From the NCBI GenBank assembly GCA_904063045.1, contig CAJFCJ010000004.1, positions 1,853,713-1,917,712 on the forward strand: DNA of 64,000 nucleotides. Direction: 5' to 3'. This document shows positions 1 through 13,200 of the stretch, piece by piece; the first letter of the stretch is position 1, and every line of letters begins with the position of its first letter. Both the position numbers and the translations under genes were made by a program. The stretch comes from Dimorphilus gyrociliatus (taxonomy: Eukaryota; Animalia; Annelida). The notes under the pieces are model-generated. The model searched no databases. It saw nothing but the letters and a program-made list of their open reading frames with translations, and was not told the origin of the DNA.

Positions 1-442
1 ATTTCTATTAAATCTTTATTTAAATAGTTAATACTCATATAAAATTACAGTTTTTTTTTTTATTATTGCAGTTTAAGCGTAGGTATCACCAGCAGCCCGT
101 TAACTGTCTAGGGTAAAGCTTAAACTGAAGGACATTCTACATTTAATCATAAAGAAACCTAGTTAAGAATTCCTGCTGACATAATCATTCTAAATAAGTG
201 GTTAAGGTATCGAGATCGCCAAGCAGCTAACGTTACAATTCTAAGAAGTGAAACACAGAGAGAAAACTTGAAACATTAGCAATTTCAATGATATACTATA
301 TAATCATTTAAAAGATTAGTTTATCTGTTAATTGTTTATTGTAATAATAAAAAAAATACTTCGTTTTTTGTCATGATTAGGTTAAAATAGTAAACATTAT
401 AAATCTAATGAGAACATAATATACTTGATAAAGATAAATTAC

Positions 443-1223
443 CTTCTGCAATAATATCTTCAACAGTAACCACATATTTGCCAACGGTAAAGTTTGTCCC
501 GCTATAACCAGATTGAGGTTTGGAGATTATCTTCTTCATTTTCAAGAAATTCTAATTTTCTAATATTAAAAATTGATTTAGATAGGCTGACTAAGAAAGA
601 TACACCCACGAGACGAAAATTATTGCTTTAATTCTTAAATGATACAATTGTATTCGAGTAAGAAGATATGTTTAAGCCGTAGCTTTCACAAAAATAGTCC
701 ATAATTTGTAATTACTACTGAAAATGAACTTTTTAGCGTTGATTATCACCTGAGTAATTCGACTTGTATGGCTTCTACAAATCTTCCGGCCATAGACGTA
801 AATGAGTGTTTTCGTAATAATAGATATTATTACTAGCGACATCTATCGACGCTATATGTCATTGCGTCTAAATAAATTGAATAGCTCAATAGATTCCTAC
901 TTTCGTTAAAAATTTATTTGTAAATAAACAAGCTATAATTTTAAATAGTTGATCGTGTAATAGAATTGTTCAATATAGCTATTTCAAGTATAAATATATA
1001 AAAAAACACTAGATGTCGCTTTAATAATATGGTTAATACCTAAATAATCTTCGTTGGTTCAAATATGACGTTAAAATAACATTTTATCAAGCGTTTTCAT
1101 AATACAAATGTTGACTAATAAAAAGTTTAAAATTTCCCTCTCGTCTCTGGGGGGTTTTTTATAAAATGTTACTGAAAGAGATGAATCATCATCTCCAAAG
1201 GAGAAAAATTTTTTGACAGACAT
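443..1223 (-). CDS. AAK1: AAK1/BMP2K (NAK family) kinase, first two coding exons (1173-1223, 443-551); gene continues beyond the left edge
   Basis: Spliced in-frame reading MSVKKFFSFGDDDSSLS|NFLKMKKIISKPQSGYSGTNFTVGKYVVTVEDIIAEG|gtaat. 'KKFF' and 'VTVEDIIAEG' match the N-terminus of NAK kinases (VTVDEVLAEGG). AAK1 versus BMP2K cannot be distinguished. Confidence 0.7.
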
Positions 1224-1658
1224 TTCAAATAGATAGAATAAAAAGAGAAGAGATAAGACAACCATAAATGTTTATATATTTATTAATAATCAATGAAAAT
1301 ACCTTCTTTTTCTTTTTTCAGCTTTTCTATTGAAAAACCAATCAATACTTTGCAATAATCTGATCGATATTATCCCTTTTTATATATAGTGATAGTTGTG
1401 TCGATAAATATATAATTATCCACAATATATATATATATATACTGTATATATACTAGAAGAAGCAAATATAAACCTAAAATCGATTCAAGATGCTCTTATC
1501 CGCCATTAAGGTCTTAATAGTTTACGAAATTCACACATTAATGGTTTTTATCGTTTTGTAAAAATATGCTTACATTCTATGAAATCTAATTTCATTATTT
1601 AGGACATTTTTTACGTTTAGAATTTCATTTCATTTGTCTAGTTTCTTTTTTCTTTATA

Positions 1659-1670
1659 TTTCCCGCCAAA
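1659..1670 (+). promoter_or_regulatory. E2F-like site in the AAK1/QSOX divergent intergenic region
   Basis: TTTCCCGCCAAA matches the E2F consensus; motif match only. Confidence 0.3.
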
Positions 1671-2158
1671 AAATATTAATTTGCATAAAAAAGAACTTGA
1701 GATAATATTCAATTATAATTATTTCTACTAAATTTTAATTTAATAATGACTATGCTTAAGAGGTAGTATTTTAAAAAAGAGTGCCAAAGAATTTTTGAAA
1801 CCTATGCTATAGTTCAAGGTCATTTGGTCAGCATCTCTTCCATTTACTCTTAGAAATAGCACTACCGAATATCGATCAATGGTAAAATTCTCGCTTAGAT
1901 AAACTATTAAAGGAAATAGGTAAAAATAATTTTAAATAGACAAAAGCAAAGAAAACAACTTTACGTAATTAATACTTTTATTCATAAAGCAAACTTAAAT
2001 ATAAAATATATTATATTCTGAAAAAATATAAATGGGCCTATTAACTTATTAAAGATTTCCACGTAAAATTATATGTAAAAACGTTTTAAAAGCTGTTTCC
2101 TTTATTTATTCCAGCTAAAAAAAGAATTTTATACCTAATCAATAAGTATTTATTGAAG

Positions 2159-4458
2159 ATGGAAGATCGTAGAATTTTTTCGCTTCTTAACATTATTCTA
2201 TTTTGTATGCCGGCTTTAAACGCTCGAATTCATCATCCTGTAACAGTTGATACTGTTTTATTTGATCCGAAGAAGGGTGTTGAAATTTTGGAAGCATCCA
2301 ACTTTACTGAAGTTGTTTTTAACTCCAAATTTAATCGTGTTGTCGTCTTCTATCAGGCGACCTGTGGAACTTGTAAGAAATTTGCTCCAGTTTTCCAAAA
2401 GTTATCAGATTATTGCAAAGAATGGGATCAGCTAGTTAAATTTAGTTCGGTTGCTTGTTCTAATATAAAAAATAAGCCTATATGTCAACGTTTTGGAATT
2501 GTGAGAGTGCCGACACTCCTCTTCTTTCATAAAGATTTTTCCGGAAAAGAGAAACCTATAGATATTCAATCAGGTAAAGATGTCATGCTGGGAAATATTG
2601 CTAGGTCATTGGCGAATTACTATCAGAGAAAGCAGGATTCGTTATCCGACTGGCCAAATCTATTACCTTTAAAGAGTAAGTATTAACAGAGTGGATACGC
2701 TATATATTTAAAAAATAGAGATTAGATATATTTTCTTTATGTAATTACTCCCTAGCTAAATACTGTTTGGAAGATCAAACTAATTAAGAATCGATATACA
2801 AATAGTATAATTATAAACCATTAAGTTAAACTAGCAATAAGAATACTTAAAAATAACGGCATTTAAATATTGTATTACACCTCTCATACTTAAAAAGAAT
2901 TATAAAAGATGCCAGAGAACGAATGTAAAATTTTAGCAGTTTATACTCTGCATAGTGTATAAAAGAATTATATATGTTTTATATATAAATCTGCTCTGGC
3001 GATGCCTACATTTTTCTACTGAATGTGCCACACAAGAATTTACAGCATTTTTCCTTCTCTCTCTCTCTTTTTTTCTTTTTACTTAGGCCTTTTTCACTTT
3101 TTATTGGGAGAATAAACTCTCATTTACTCTATTAGCCACTTCCTTTTTAATTTTTCTTTTGACTTATTACAGATGACGAATTTCGTAACGAATGTAAGAA
3201 GCATCCTAAAATGTTTATTATCATTACTAATGATCAATCGGAAAAGAGAGTTGGTCCTCTAGCTGTGCTAAATAGCGTCAAGATGAAAAATGCTCACGTT
3301 AGATGGATGCATGACTATGATGCACAATTCCTTAAATTTGAAAATCATCCCAGTTTATTACAAACAAATACTGATTGTACTGAAACTACTTTACTATCAT
3401 CGAAGCAGAGAAACGATTTTAATAAACTGATAGCCGATAAAGTTGATTATAAGACAGATAATTTATTTGCACCTATTGACGGAAAGATAATTATGGAACC
3501 CTCAAAAAAGCCAGTTATTGGCAAGCCGATCATCCCAAATGGTCTACATGAACAAGATTTAGAGTCGAGCTTGTATCATACACTTTGGCAAGAAATTTCC
3601 AGGCTGAAACACTTAAATGCATCTAGCCTTAATATTGCTAAGAGATATATAAAAAGTTTAATGTATGTTCCTTACCGTAAACAAGTATTAAAATTTTTGG
3701 GCGAAATTGATTCAGAACTAAGCGAATATTCTACCATTTCTACGGATCACTTTACTCAAATTCTTGAAAAAAATCTTCACTCTAAATCATACGTTCCAAA
3801 AAGAATAGTTTGGGCAGGATGCTCTGGTTTGTTTATTCATATTCTATGTTCTGTATATTGTTTACATAACACTGATTTTCTAACATAAACCGATACATTT
3901 TTAACCCATTATCTGACTATTGCAGGAAGCAAACCTGAATTTAGAGGATATCCTTGTTCTTTATGGATGACCTTTCACGCTATGACGATTGGAGGTTTAA
4001 ATAAGACGGATGTTGCACAAATTGTGAGAAATATACGAGATTACGTTGTAAACTTTTTCTCTTGTACAAAGTGCGCCCAAAATTTTGAGAAGGAAACAGC
4101 AGACTTGGATAAATCTATTGGTAAGACTGATAAAGATGCAGTACTCTACTTATGGAGAATTCATAACCACGTTAATGAGAGATTAAGTAAAGAAAAAGAT
4201 TCTCTAGTGGATCCACGACATCCTAAACTTCAATTCCCTGGCAAAACACTGTGCAAAGAATGCCGTATTGATGACAATGCTGATACTTTTAAAGAAGATG
4301 TAGTATTTAATTTTTTGCAAGACTTCTATGGAGAAGTCATTAGTAACAGAGCATCAATTAACTACGGAAAAGCAACTAATAACAAAGCATCATTTAATAC
4401 GGCATGGTTTACAAACATACTTGGCGTAATCGTACTACTTTTCTTAACCAATCTTTAG
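2159..4458 (+). CDS. QSOX: Quiescin sulfhydryl oxidase (3 exons: ~2159-2675, 3173-~3826, ~3927-4458)
   Basis: Signal peptide; thioredoxin domain with CGTC; GCSG|SKPEFRGYPCSLWMTFH; ERV/ALR domain FFSCTKCAQNF and LWRIHNHVNERL; hydrophobic C-terminus. Confidence 0.93.
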
Positions 4459-5129
4459 ATGAGTTTAAATTCATGATGAGCCATTGTATAGTTACATCTG
4501 TCATGCATTTCCTATTTAGTATAGTTTGCAGTGTGAACTCCTAATAGTTTTTAATACTCTTTTTCTTCATGCAAAGAATGAATTAAGAGGGATTAGCCGT
4601 CATAAAGTTTCATGTTTTATTTCCAATAGCAGGCTTATTCATATGAAATCCAAAAGGCAATGACAAAACTAAAACAATTTAACTCTAAATTTAGTTGAGT
4701 TATATTTATAGTCTACATCTAAAATTACAGATGATTACTTATAGTGTACAATACTATTGGATTTCGCTAGGTACTGTACACATTTATAAATATACATAAT
4801 ACATTTGTATTGATATATACTGTATATATATATATACATTTAAAGTGTATATCTTGTATTATTCGGTTTTATATAGTATTTTTTCTCTGTATTCCTTCCA
4901 TCAAACAAATTAAGACAAGAAAATTGCACTAAACATTCAAATTTATATATATATATATATATCATAACAAACGGTAACATTGTTCAAATATTCTTTTTCA
5001 TAACAAATTTGCAATTGTTCTTCTCATGCAAAACTAAAAAATACATTAACGCAAACATTGCATTTCTTACTTGAACAGCAAAGTTAAAATTGTAAAATTT
5101 ATCTCTTTTCTAGTGTTTTTGAATTGAAT

Positions 5130-7060
5130 TTACTCATTTCTCATTGGTTCTGCGTGCCTTTCATCAAAGTTATAATTCCAATCTAATTTATAAGTCCATC
5201 TCCAATTTTGAAAGGGATCTCTAATATTACACCGTGATAATTGTACCATTTGCTCCTTATAATGAACTCTGTGAACGTTTGTTACTTGAACAGCGCACAT
5301 TCTTTGTCTAGCTCCATGCGCATTTGTAAATTCAACACCTAATTGTCCAGTATAATAGCCATTGTGATTCATTCTCCAAATTTCTTCGTTTGGAGATGGT
5401 TCTTCGTCACTTAGGTACAGCAACCATAACTTTTTGTCTACTCTGACAAATTTTGATCCAATGAAAATATGACCTTTTACATTCATAGAAAGTTCATTCT
5501 GTGGCACTATTCTATGGAAGAAGCAAAAATATGTTATTCCAATAAAACCGCTGGGCTTGGGGAACCAACAGGCCTCCGATTTTACACTAAAGATTTCACC
5601 ATGATAAAGAGAGTAATCAGGAGGCGTAGGCATTTCAGGAATAATGTTTTCTAAGTACCAGCGAAAAGATTTACATTTCAAGTCCCTTCTTAATTTTTTC
5701 CTAGTTTGTAAACTCTGCTTTTCCTTCCTCGTTAGAAATGTCCTTTTTGGTACCCAAGCGTAGGAGATTGCGTAAAAATACTTGGCATAGTCATCCATCC
5801 AAGTTTCCGCCATTCTCATTAAGTTTTTTTGTACAATTTTCTCTCTATCCCCATCAAACTTATAGGAAAATGGTTTAAAAGTGTGAGCAACTCTAGAGCA
5901 AGGATGAGTTAAAACTTGACCGTGACATTGCCAAACTCTCCAAGCTAATTCAATATTTTCACCACCCCATATTTTCATATCATCGTCAAATGTACCAATA
6001 TGGTTAAAATAAGATTTTAAAACTCCAAAAGCACAACCTACTAATGTTGGAGTTCTAAACGGTAGGGAATCTGGTACAACACCAAGCTTCTCAGCTTCTA
6101 TTGTTACCCTTTGATTCTCATGTTCAGGCATCTCCATCCATGTATAACGAAGATCCCAACTAAAACCACCCCTTGGAACTATATTATTGCCGCCTTTATA
6201 TTCTATAGTTTGAGCATCAATTTGATCGACTTCTGGTTGAATTACAGTTCTGGGGTTTTTGATAACTTCCTAAAAAAAAAGGAATTTCATGAAGGAAATT
6301 ATAACGTATAATTGTAATTTCACCTGTAGTAGAGGTTGTAACCAATCAACATTTGCCTCAGTATGAGCATCTTGAAAGAACACAAAATCTCCAGTGGCCT
6401 CATGAAATCCAATTAATCTCGCTCTAATTAATCCTTCTCTCTGTGTGGTTTGTAATAATTTTACCTTTGGAAGATATCCAACATATTTTTCAAGATATTT
6501 CTGTTTTAAATGAAAATAGAACAATTAACAAACAATAAAGGAATTGAAATTGAATGCTTTAAAATTACTTTCAGATCTTTGTTAGAGCTATGATCATTAA
6601 CAAGTATAATCTCTTCTAATAATTCATCTGGAGTTCTTGACAATATTGAATGAACAGTTCTTAACAACATTGACAAGGCTTCGTTATAGAAGATGATAAT
6701 GACACTGGTTTTAGGCATTTTGGAGATGTCGTACACAATTTTATCACAACTTTGGGGTCTCGTGTCTGGAATTTCTCTTTCCAAGGGTATTTTTTCGCTT
6801 AAAGTGACATTTAAGTTATATACATGATCGGGTGGTCTATTTGGATTGACAAACATAATCCTTTGTAATTCTTTCAACTTTAATCTTCGAAGTTTGTTTA
6901 ATGAGGATTCCTGATCTGGTCGAAATCTTCTCTTTATATTCTCCATTTTAACGGGAGATTCAAAGTCACGATTTAAAGCAATCATAAGGAAAAATGTAGT
7001 ACATGCTGAAAGAGCAAAAACTTGAAGAATTAAGCGTACTATCCAACGAGGACGGAACAT
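5130..7060 (-). CDS. GALNT: Polypeptide N-acetylgalactosaminyltransferase (3 exons)
   Basis: Type II TM at the N-terminus; SVIIIFYNEALSMLLRTVHS; GLIRARLIG; DAH metal motif; WGGENIE...WQCHG; C-terminal ricin-like lectin. Introns at ~6522-6571 and ~6270-6322. Confidence 0.93.
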
Positions 7061-7250
7061 AACTTCTTCGTTGATGAGATTCAAGAAAATTATAAGCCAA
7101 AAGTGTGTAAGAGAAGTAAAACAGAAGAAAAAGCTGACGAGAAATTGTATTCGTGTGATCACGAGCCGGGCATTTTAGATCTACTCTCAGGGGCGGTCTA
7201 ATATTGAACAGCAAGCCAAATTCACGAAGCATGAAACTGTTTAACCTCGC

Positions 7251-7309
7251 AGATGGCGTTTTAGAAAATAATCGTGAGCAATACTAAAAATATTCAAGGG
7301 CGCCATCTT
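7251..7309. promoter_or_regulatory. Pair of opposed YY1-type motifs in the short GALNT/DUF885 divergent promoter
   Basis: AGATGGCG at 7251 and CGCCATCTT at 7301, in the ~420 bp between the two start codons. Similar (A)AGATGGCG motifs recur near other gene starts (e.g. ~13282). Confidence 0.35.
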
Positions 7310-7479
7310 CAAGGATATATTGACATAGTTTTGCAGCAGATCGTTTCGAACCAATATTATTAATATTTCTAGTAGAGATATCAGAAGATTGTAGGATCCT
7401 TATCGAGAATATTAACAATAGTATAAATAATAAGCCAATCTAGTTGTCTAATTTTTCGAAAAATAACTGACAGAGCGAA

Positions 7480-9324
7480 ATGTCTAATAATACTGAATTG
7501 GTTAAGCTATTCGACGATTTTTGGCAATGGAGAATGAAAGAGTTTCCAGAATTTTCAAGCTTATGTGGCTTTAAGAAATACGACAATAAATTAGATGACT
7601 TTTCATTACAATCATTTGACAAGAAGGCGGCAGAGGCTAGTGAATTTTTGGTCAAAGCAAATACAATAAAGCAGAGTCTAGACTTAAATTTTGATGATGA
7701 AATGAATCTATTACTATTCGAAGAGCAGCTAAAATGTTATATTAACGGTCATAAATACAAGATGTTGGTATAATTTACACAATAACAATATGATTTATGA
7801 TTATATTATATAATGTTGCAATTTAGGTATTTAATGCCAGTTAATTTCATGGAAAATGTTGTTGCCGATTTTCAACAGCTAAGTACTTGGACTACTTTCG
7901 CTGTCGAAGAGGATTTTAAAAATTATATAGAAAGACTAAAGGCTTTCCCTACAAAGGTATTAGCATAAATAAGAAATCAATAAGATTTATAAACCTACTT
8001 TGACTTTAATTGTTTAAAGCTTGAACAAGTAATTGGTCTTTTAGAAGAGGGTATTAAAACTGGAATTGTAAGTCATCATAGTTCATTGATGGGTGTTTGC
8101 GATAATATTGAAAAAGTTATTAATTCAAAACCAACCGATAATTTCTTCTATCAACCTCTTAAGGCATGCACCAGTCAAACAATAATTCAATCCGCTATAG
8201 ATTGTATTTGTAATGATATTCAACCAGCTCTAGAGAAATTTCAATCTTATCTGCAAAACGTCTACTTGAAAAATACTAGAAAAGAAGAGGGTATTCGTTC
8301 ACTGCCCAACGGGAAAGAAATATATCAAGCTTGTATAGATTTTCATTTAACTGATACCAATGTCCACACTGCTGAGGAACTCCACCAAATAGGATTAGAG
8401 GAGATTGAAAAGATTAAAATGAGAATGGACGCCATTATGAAGAAAGCAAATTTTCAGGGAAATTTCAAGGAATTTTTGCATTTTTTGAGGAATAATAGTC
8501 AATTTTATTTTGAATCTTCGGAAGAAACGCTAGCGGAGTACAAAAGAATTACATTTGACGTTATTAGGCCTAAACTAGAACTATTGTTCAAAAATATTCC
8601 CAAATCTAATCTTACTGTTGATATGACTCCCAGCAGCAAGCCGGATGCGGCTGTGGCTTTTTATTCTGCCGGAACACCCGATGGATCCCGTCCTGGGACT
8701 GTCTACGTAAATGTCAGAAATCCAAAGATGTTAGGGTCTTATGAGATGACAACTTTAGCCCTGCATGAAGGAGAACCTGGACATCATTTTCAAACAATGT
8801 ACTCTGCTGAAATGACAGATGAGCCTCAGTTCAAGTTAAACATGGAGGATATGAACTACTTTATGGCTCCTGCAAGATTCCCTATTTGTACAGGTTTTAT
8901 GGAGGGTTGGGGTTTGTATTGCGAAAGCCTTGGATATGAAATGGGCTTATACAATAATCCCTATGATGAATATGGTTGCTTATCCTTTGATGCTCACCGA
9001 ATTTGCAGATTGGTTGTTGATACTGGGTTGCATGTGCTCGGTTGGACTGAAGAAAAAGCTGTCCAGTACATCCTTGACAACACCGCTATTACAGAAAAAT
9101 TTGCCATTAACGAGGTTCGAAGATATATAAGTCTTCCAGGACAAGCGCTGGCTTATAAATTTGGTCAAATGAAAATAAGAGCGCTGAGGCAACTTATGAA
9201 AGACAAACTACAAGAAAAGTACGATATTAAAGATTTTCATGAATTGGTTTTGAAATGTGGATGTACGTCGCTGTCCGTATTAGAAAAAGTAGTAAACAAC
9301 AAAATTCGAGAAATATCTGAATAG
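7480..9324 (+). CDS. DUF885 family protein (bacterial-type putative metallopeptidase), 3 exons
   Basis: ALHEGEPGHHFQ, GFMEGWGLYCESLG, CRLVVDTGLH, EVRRYISLPGQALAYKFG and FHELVL are hallmark DUF885 motifs. Two short introns (~7766-7827, ~7956-8019). Confidence 0.88.
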
Positions 9325-9414
9325 TGTATTATATCACATGTTGATAGAACTAAATAATTACCAGAAACCTTTATTTAACTGCAAAAATTACACGACATAT
9401 AACATGACAAGATA

Positions 9415-9452
9415 TAATAATAATGATAATAATAATAATAATAATAATAATA
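9415..9452 (+). repeat. (AAT)n microsatellite between the convergent DUF885 and FUBP 3' ends
   Basis: Direct reading: ...taataataatgataataataataataataataataata... Confidence 0.85.
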
Positions 9453-10254
9453 TTAAGTTCAGTTACTGTTCAATCGGTCAAAGAAATAACAAACAAACAC
9501 GATGCCGAAACTTCGACCAAAACCCCCCGGGGCTGCTGATCATCTAAAGTGTAACGTTAATACAATCAAAGCATAAAAAATTAAAATGTCATAATTAATG
9601 CGAAATGTGTAAAAAATACATGCTTATATAAACATTATCGGCGAAAATGCAATGTATATATATATATATAAAATGTATAAAACATTATTATACAAAATGG
9701 GCAACATTTATGGAAATCTCTTACCATACGGCCCTTTTTTTGCTGCTCTTTGCCGACTACTGTAAGCAAGTTTAATTCAAAAAACATACATGTAATAATA
9801 TGTCCATGTAAAGATTAACGTTTTAATAATTTCGATGAACTTTAAGTGAGAAGAAAAGAATTCGGCCTCACCCCAACCGTTATCAAACCCATTAAGCAAA
9901 AGAAAAAAAAACAATCAAACAAAAAAGAATACATGTAATTAATGTAATATGTATAGTATATATATATATAAAAAAAATATATATATATGTATATATATAT
10001 ATATTGTAAATATAGACAACTATTATAATACACAAGGAAAACAATTAAAAAGTTCCGTATTCGTATAATGCATAACATATCAAATTTTTATCATCATCAA
10101 GATTCGATGAAGTAGTCCCGATTCTGCAGATATAACAACAAATTCGACGACGCATCGCGCAAAATATTTCGGTACATATTTACAAATGAACCTTATCTTT
10201 TATCTTACTTACCTTGAGATAAAGCCAAACTCACCTAATTTAAATAAATCTAAT

Positions 10255-13200
10255 TTAGGTTGACGGGTGTGGCTGAGGAGCAGTTGCAGCTCCTGGTTGA
10301 GATCCTCTTGCCTGAGCCAAAATCATGTCTGCGTGATAGTGCATTCCTTGTTGCCTATAATAATCGGCCCATGCTGCGCTGTAATCGGGTTGGCCAGTTT
10401 GAGGGTTCACTGCTTGGATAAAATTATGTAAACTAAAAGCGCAAGAAATAATCCTCTTACTTTGTGGTGCTAAATTTGACGATTGCGTCGACGGAACTTG
10501 CTGCTGGCCCTGCTGTGGCTGTTGCTGTTGACCTTGATAATATTGGCTATAATAAGCGGCCCATGCAGCCTGTTGATTAGGGTCTTGTTTACTTGGATCG
10601 GTTCCTGTCTGTTGCCAGTTTCCAGCAGCAGCAGCCGCCGCAGCAGAAGATCCATAAGCGTTATTCCAATTTGCTTGTTGTTGTTGTTGTTGCTGCTGCT
10701 GTTGTTGTTGGCCGTAGGCTTGTCCATATCCGGCGTTTTGGTACGCAGGCTGCTGATAACCAGAAGATCCTCCATACGAATTAGAAAATTGCTCTCTAGG
10801 GGGGGCTTGAATACCAGCTTTTTCGCTTATCAACTGTACCGCATGATAACACTGGTCAGGAGTCCCCTTTATCGTAAACTCCCTTTGGTCCGCGGTTTGA
10901 AGTTGATTTCTCTTTAATTCTATGTGGGCATTCGATATCCGGCACAAATCTTGAACGGTTTGTCCACCTGTCGCAATAGTATACTACGTTAGAAATGGAA
11001 AGAAATATTCCCAACGTTGTCGTTTCTCTATTCCTATATTAGTATGGCACTCTTATTACACCAGACATCTTTTATGATGTTAGGCTCTAGCGAGTGCAAA
11101 TATATTAAAAAAATTATCTAAAATTACCTTTTCCTATAACTAATCCACATTTTTCACGTGGGACAGAAAACGTATGTTCTACTTGAGACTGAGAAGGGGA
11201 TCCATAACCGCCAGATACTGAGTTTCCTCCTCCATTGAAATTTGGCATTTGTCCACCCTGTAGCAAAGTCTACTATCAAACGCTGTTTTAAATATTCATA
11301 CAGTGCTAGCGAAATCGATGCATTTATCTAGCACCTCATTTACTTAGCGTACAAAGACAATTAAAGCACACTTATAATAAAGTGCATGGTATTAATTATA
11401 GTATTAATCCATATGCTTCACTTACCGCACTAGTAATTAATTCGCTGATCATCTGAGCTGCTTGCTGTGCTTTTTCTGGTGGACCACTAATCGTACAAAC
11501 TCGGTCCGGTGATGAATTATCATCGGGCACAAACTGAACCTTTGCTCCAGTCTCCAATTGTATTTTTCTTATCATTTCTCCACTTTTACCAATGACTATA
11601 CCAACCATAGCTCTAGGTACTGATACTTCTAGCGGTCGGGTCATGCCACCTCCATAGGCATTCGGAGCATAAGCGTCTTTATCGGCCATTAACTTTCTAA
11701 CGGCTTCCATTGCTTGGGCGCATCTTTGGGGATCGCCAGTTATTCGAAGAGGTTTATCATCCGCCGTCGGCACATTTGACTCTTGTATCATGACCATTTT
11801 TACCTTGTGAAATTCTTGAAGGTTTTTAATAGTTTCTCCTCCTTTTCCTATGACAAGACCGACTTTATGACCTGGAATCATCAACTCTTGCATAGCTTGT
11901 CCAGTTTCTAATGGCTCTGGCAAACCGCTTCCTTTTTCGATGTAACTTTGAATCATTGCCTTAGCTTGACTGAAAGGCATAAATCAATATAATAAATTTC
12001 TTGAAGCAATTCTGTTATATAGAAATTGTTCTACTGCGAGGAAAGGTTATCAGATAAAAGCAGTCGTAATCACACGAACACAATTGCTAATCCTACCAAC
12101 AGAGTATTGGTAAAACAGACAAGAATATTGTCAGATGACACGCATCATATCATCAGTATATTTTATACAGGCTCATGTTTGCGATAAAGTTACTCACTCG
12201 ATAGAGCTTTTTGGACCGGTGATGATACATGGCCGATCTGGCTTTCCAGCAGCGTCGGGAGAAAATTGCACTTTGCAACCGGTTTCAGCTTGTATTTGCA
12301 TAATATGTTCACCTCCTTTTCCAATTACTGAATAAGGTAAACATAAGAATTTTTCAACGAAATATTGACCGGTCATACTCACTTAAACCAACTAGTCTAT
12401 CAGGAACAGAGTAATTTTCTGTAACTTGTGTAAGTTGTGACGGTACCGCTGGTACTCCCATCATAGAATTGTTGGTTGGATTTCCTAATTTTTGGTTAAT
12501 TTGTGCTGCAGCGGCGGCAGCAGCTTGAAGAGCCGGGTTTGTGGCGTCCATTCCAGCTATTCGAAGGACATTAAAATATTAACACACTCCGAATTAAAAA
12601 TTTAGAACTTACATTCTGATGCTACTTTTTTGGGTGCAGGTTCTTGTTTGTCGGAATCTTCGTGTGGTCGTTTTATAGCAGTATCAAGTTCTTTTTTCTG
12701 TTTGACTGCTTGAGCTGCCTGTTACGAAAAAAATTCATATTGAGATTTTGTTGCTAATTGACTTGAGTGACAACTTCGATAAGAGTAATACAAAATATTT
12801 CACCTAATTGCTCAAATGTAATTAAAAAGCATGGCTAGCCTATTACAAGGCCAATCACAATAAAATAACAATCTAAACAGTTAAGAATTTGAAATTAAAA
12901 CAGAAATTCGATTCTGTTACTAAATGAAACCTTATAATACTGTCTTTTTTGTGTACGATAGTCAATTAAACTTACTTTTTGATGGTAGGTTAACAAACTT
13001 GCTTCTATAAATAAAACTTTTGCTTTAAGTAAATAAACTTAATTGTTCAAAATTTTTTATGAAATAATTTTACATCTTAATTATTATCTACACAAGGTAA
13101 TATATATTAGATAACAACACGTGGTGTCTAATTTCCGATACATAAATGCTTACCTCAATTGAAAGTAATTATGTAACTTTAGTAACTTTATAATACTTCT

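Noticed and set aside
10470-10917. Overlapping ORFs with poly-N or poly-L tracts
   Set aside because: Shadow frames of the FUBP polyQ/polyA exon.
12062-12075. TTACGAC near the D box of the C/D snoRNA, resembling the U13/SNORD13 18S guide
   Set aside because: Only about 7-8 nt of complementarity; the D' guide explains the RNA much better as SNORD10-like.
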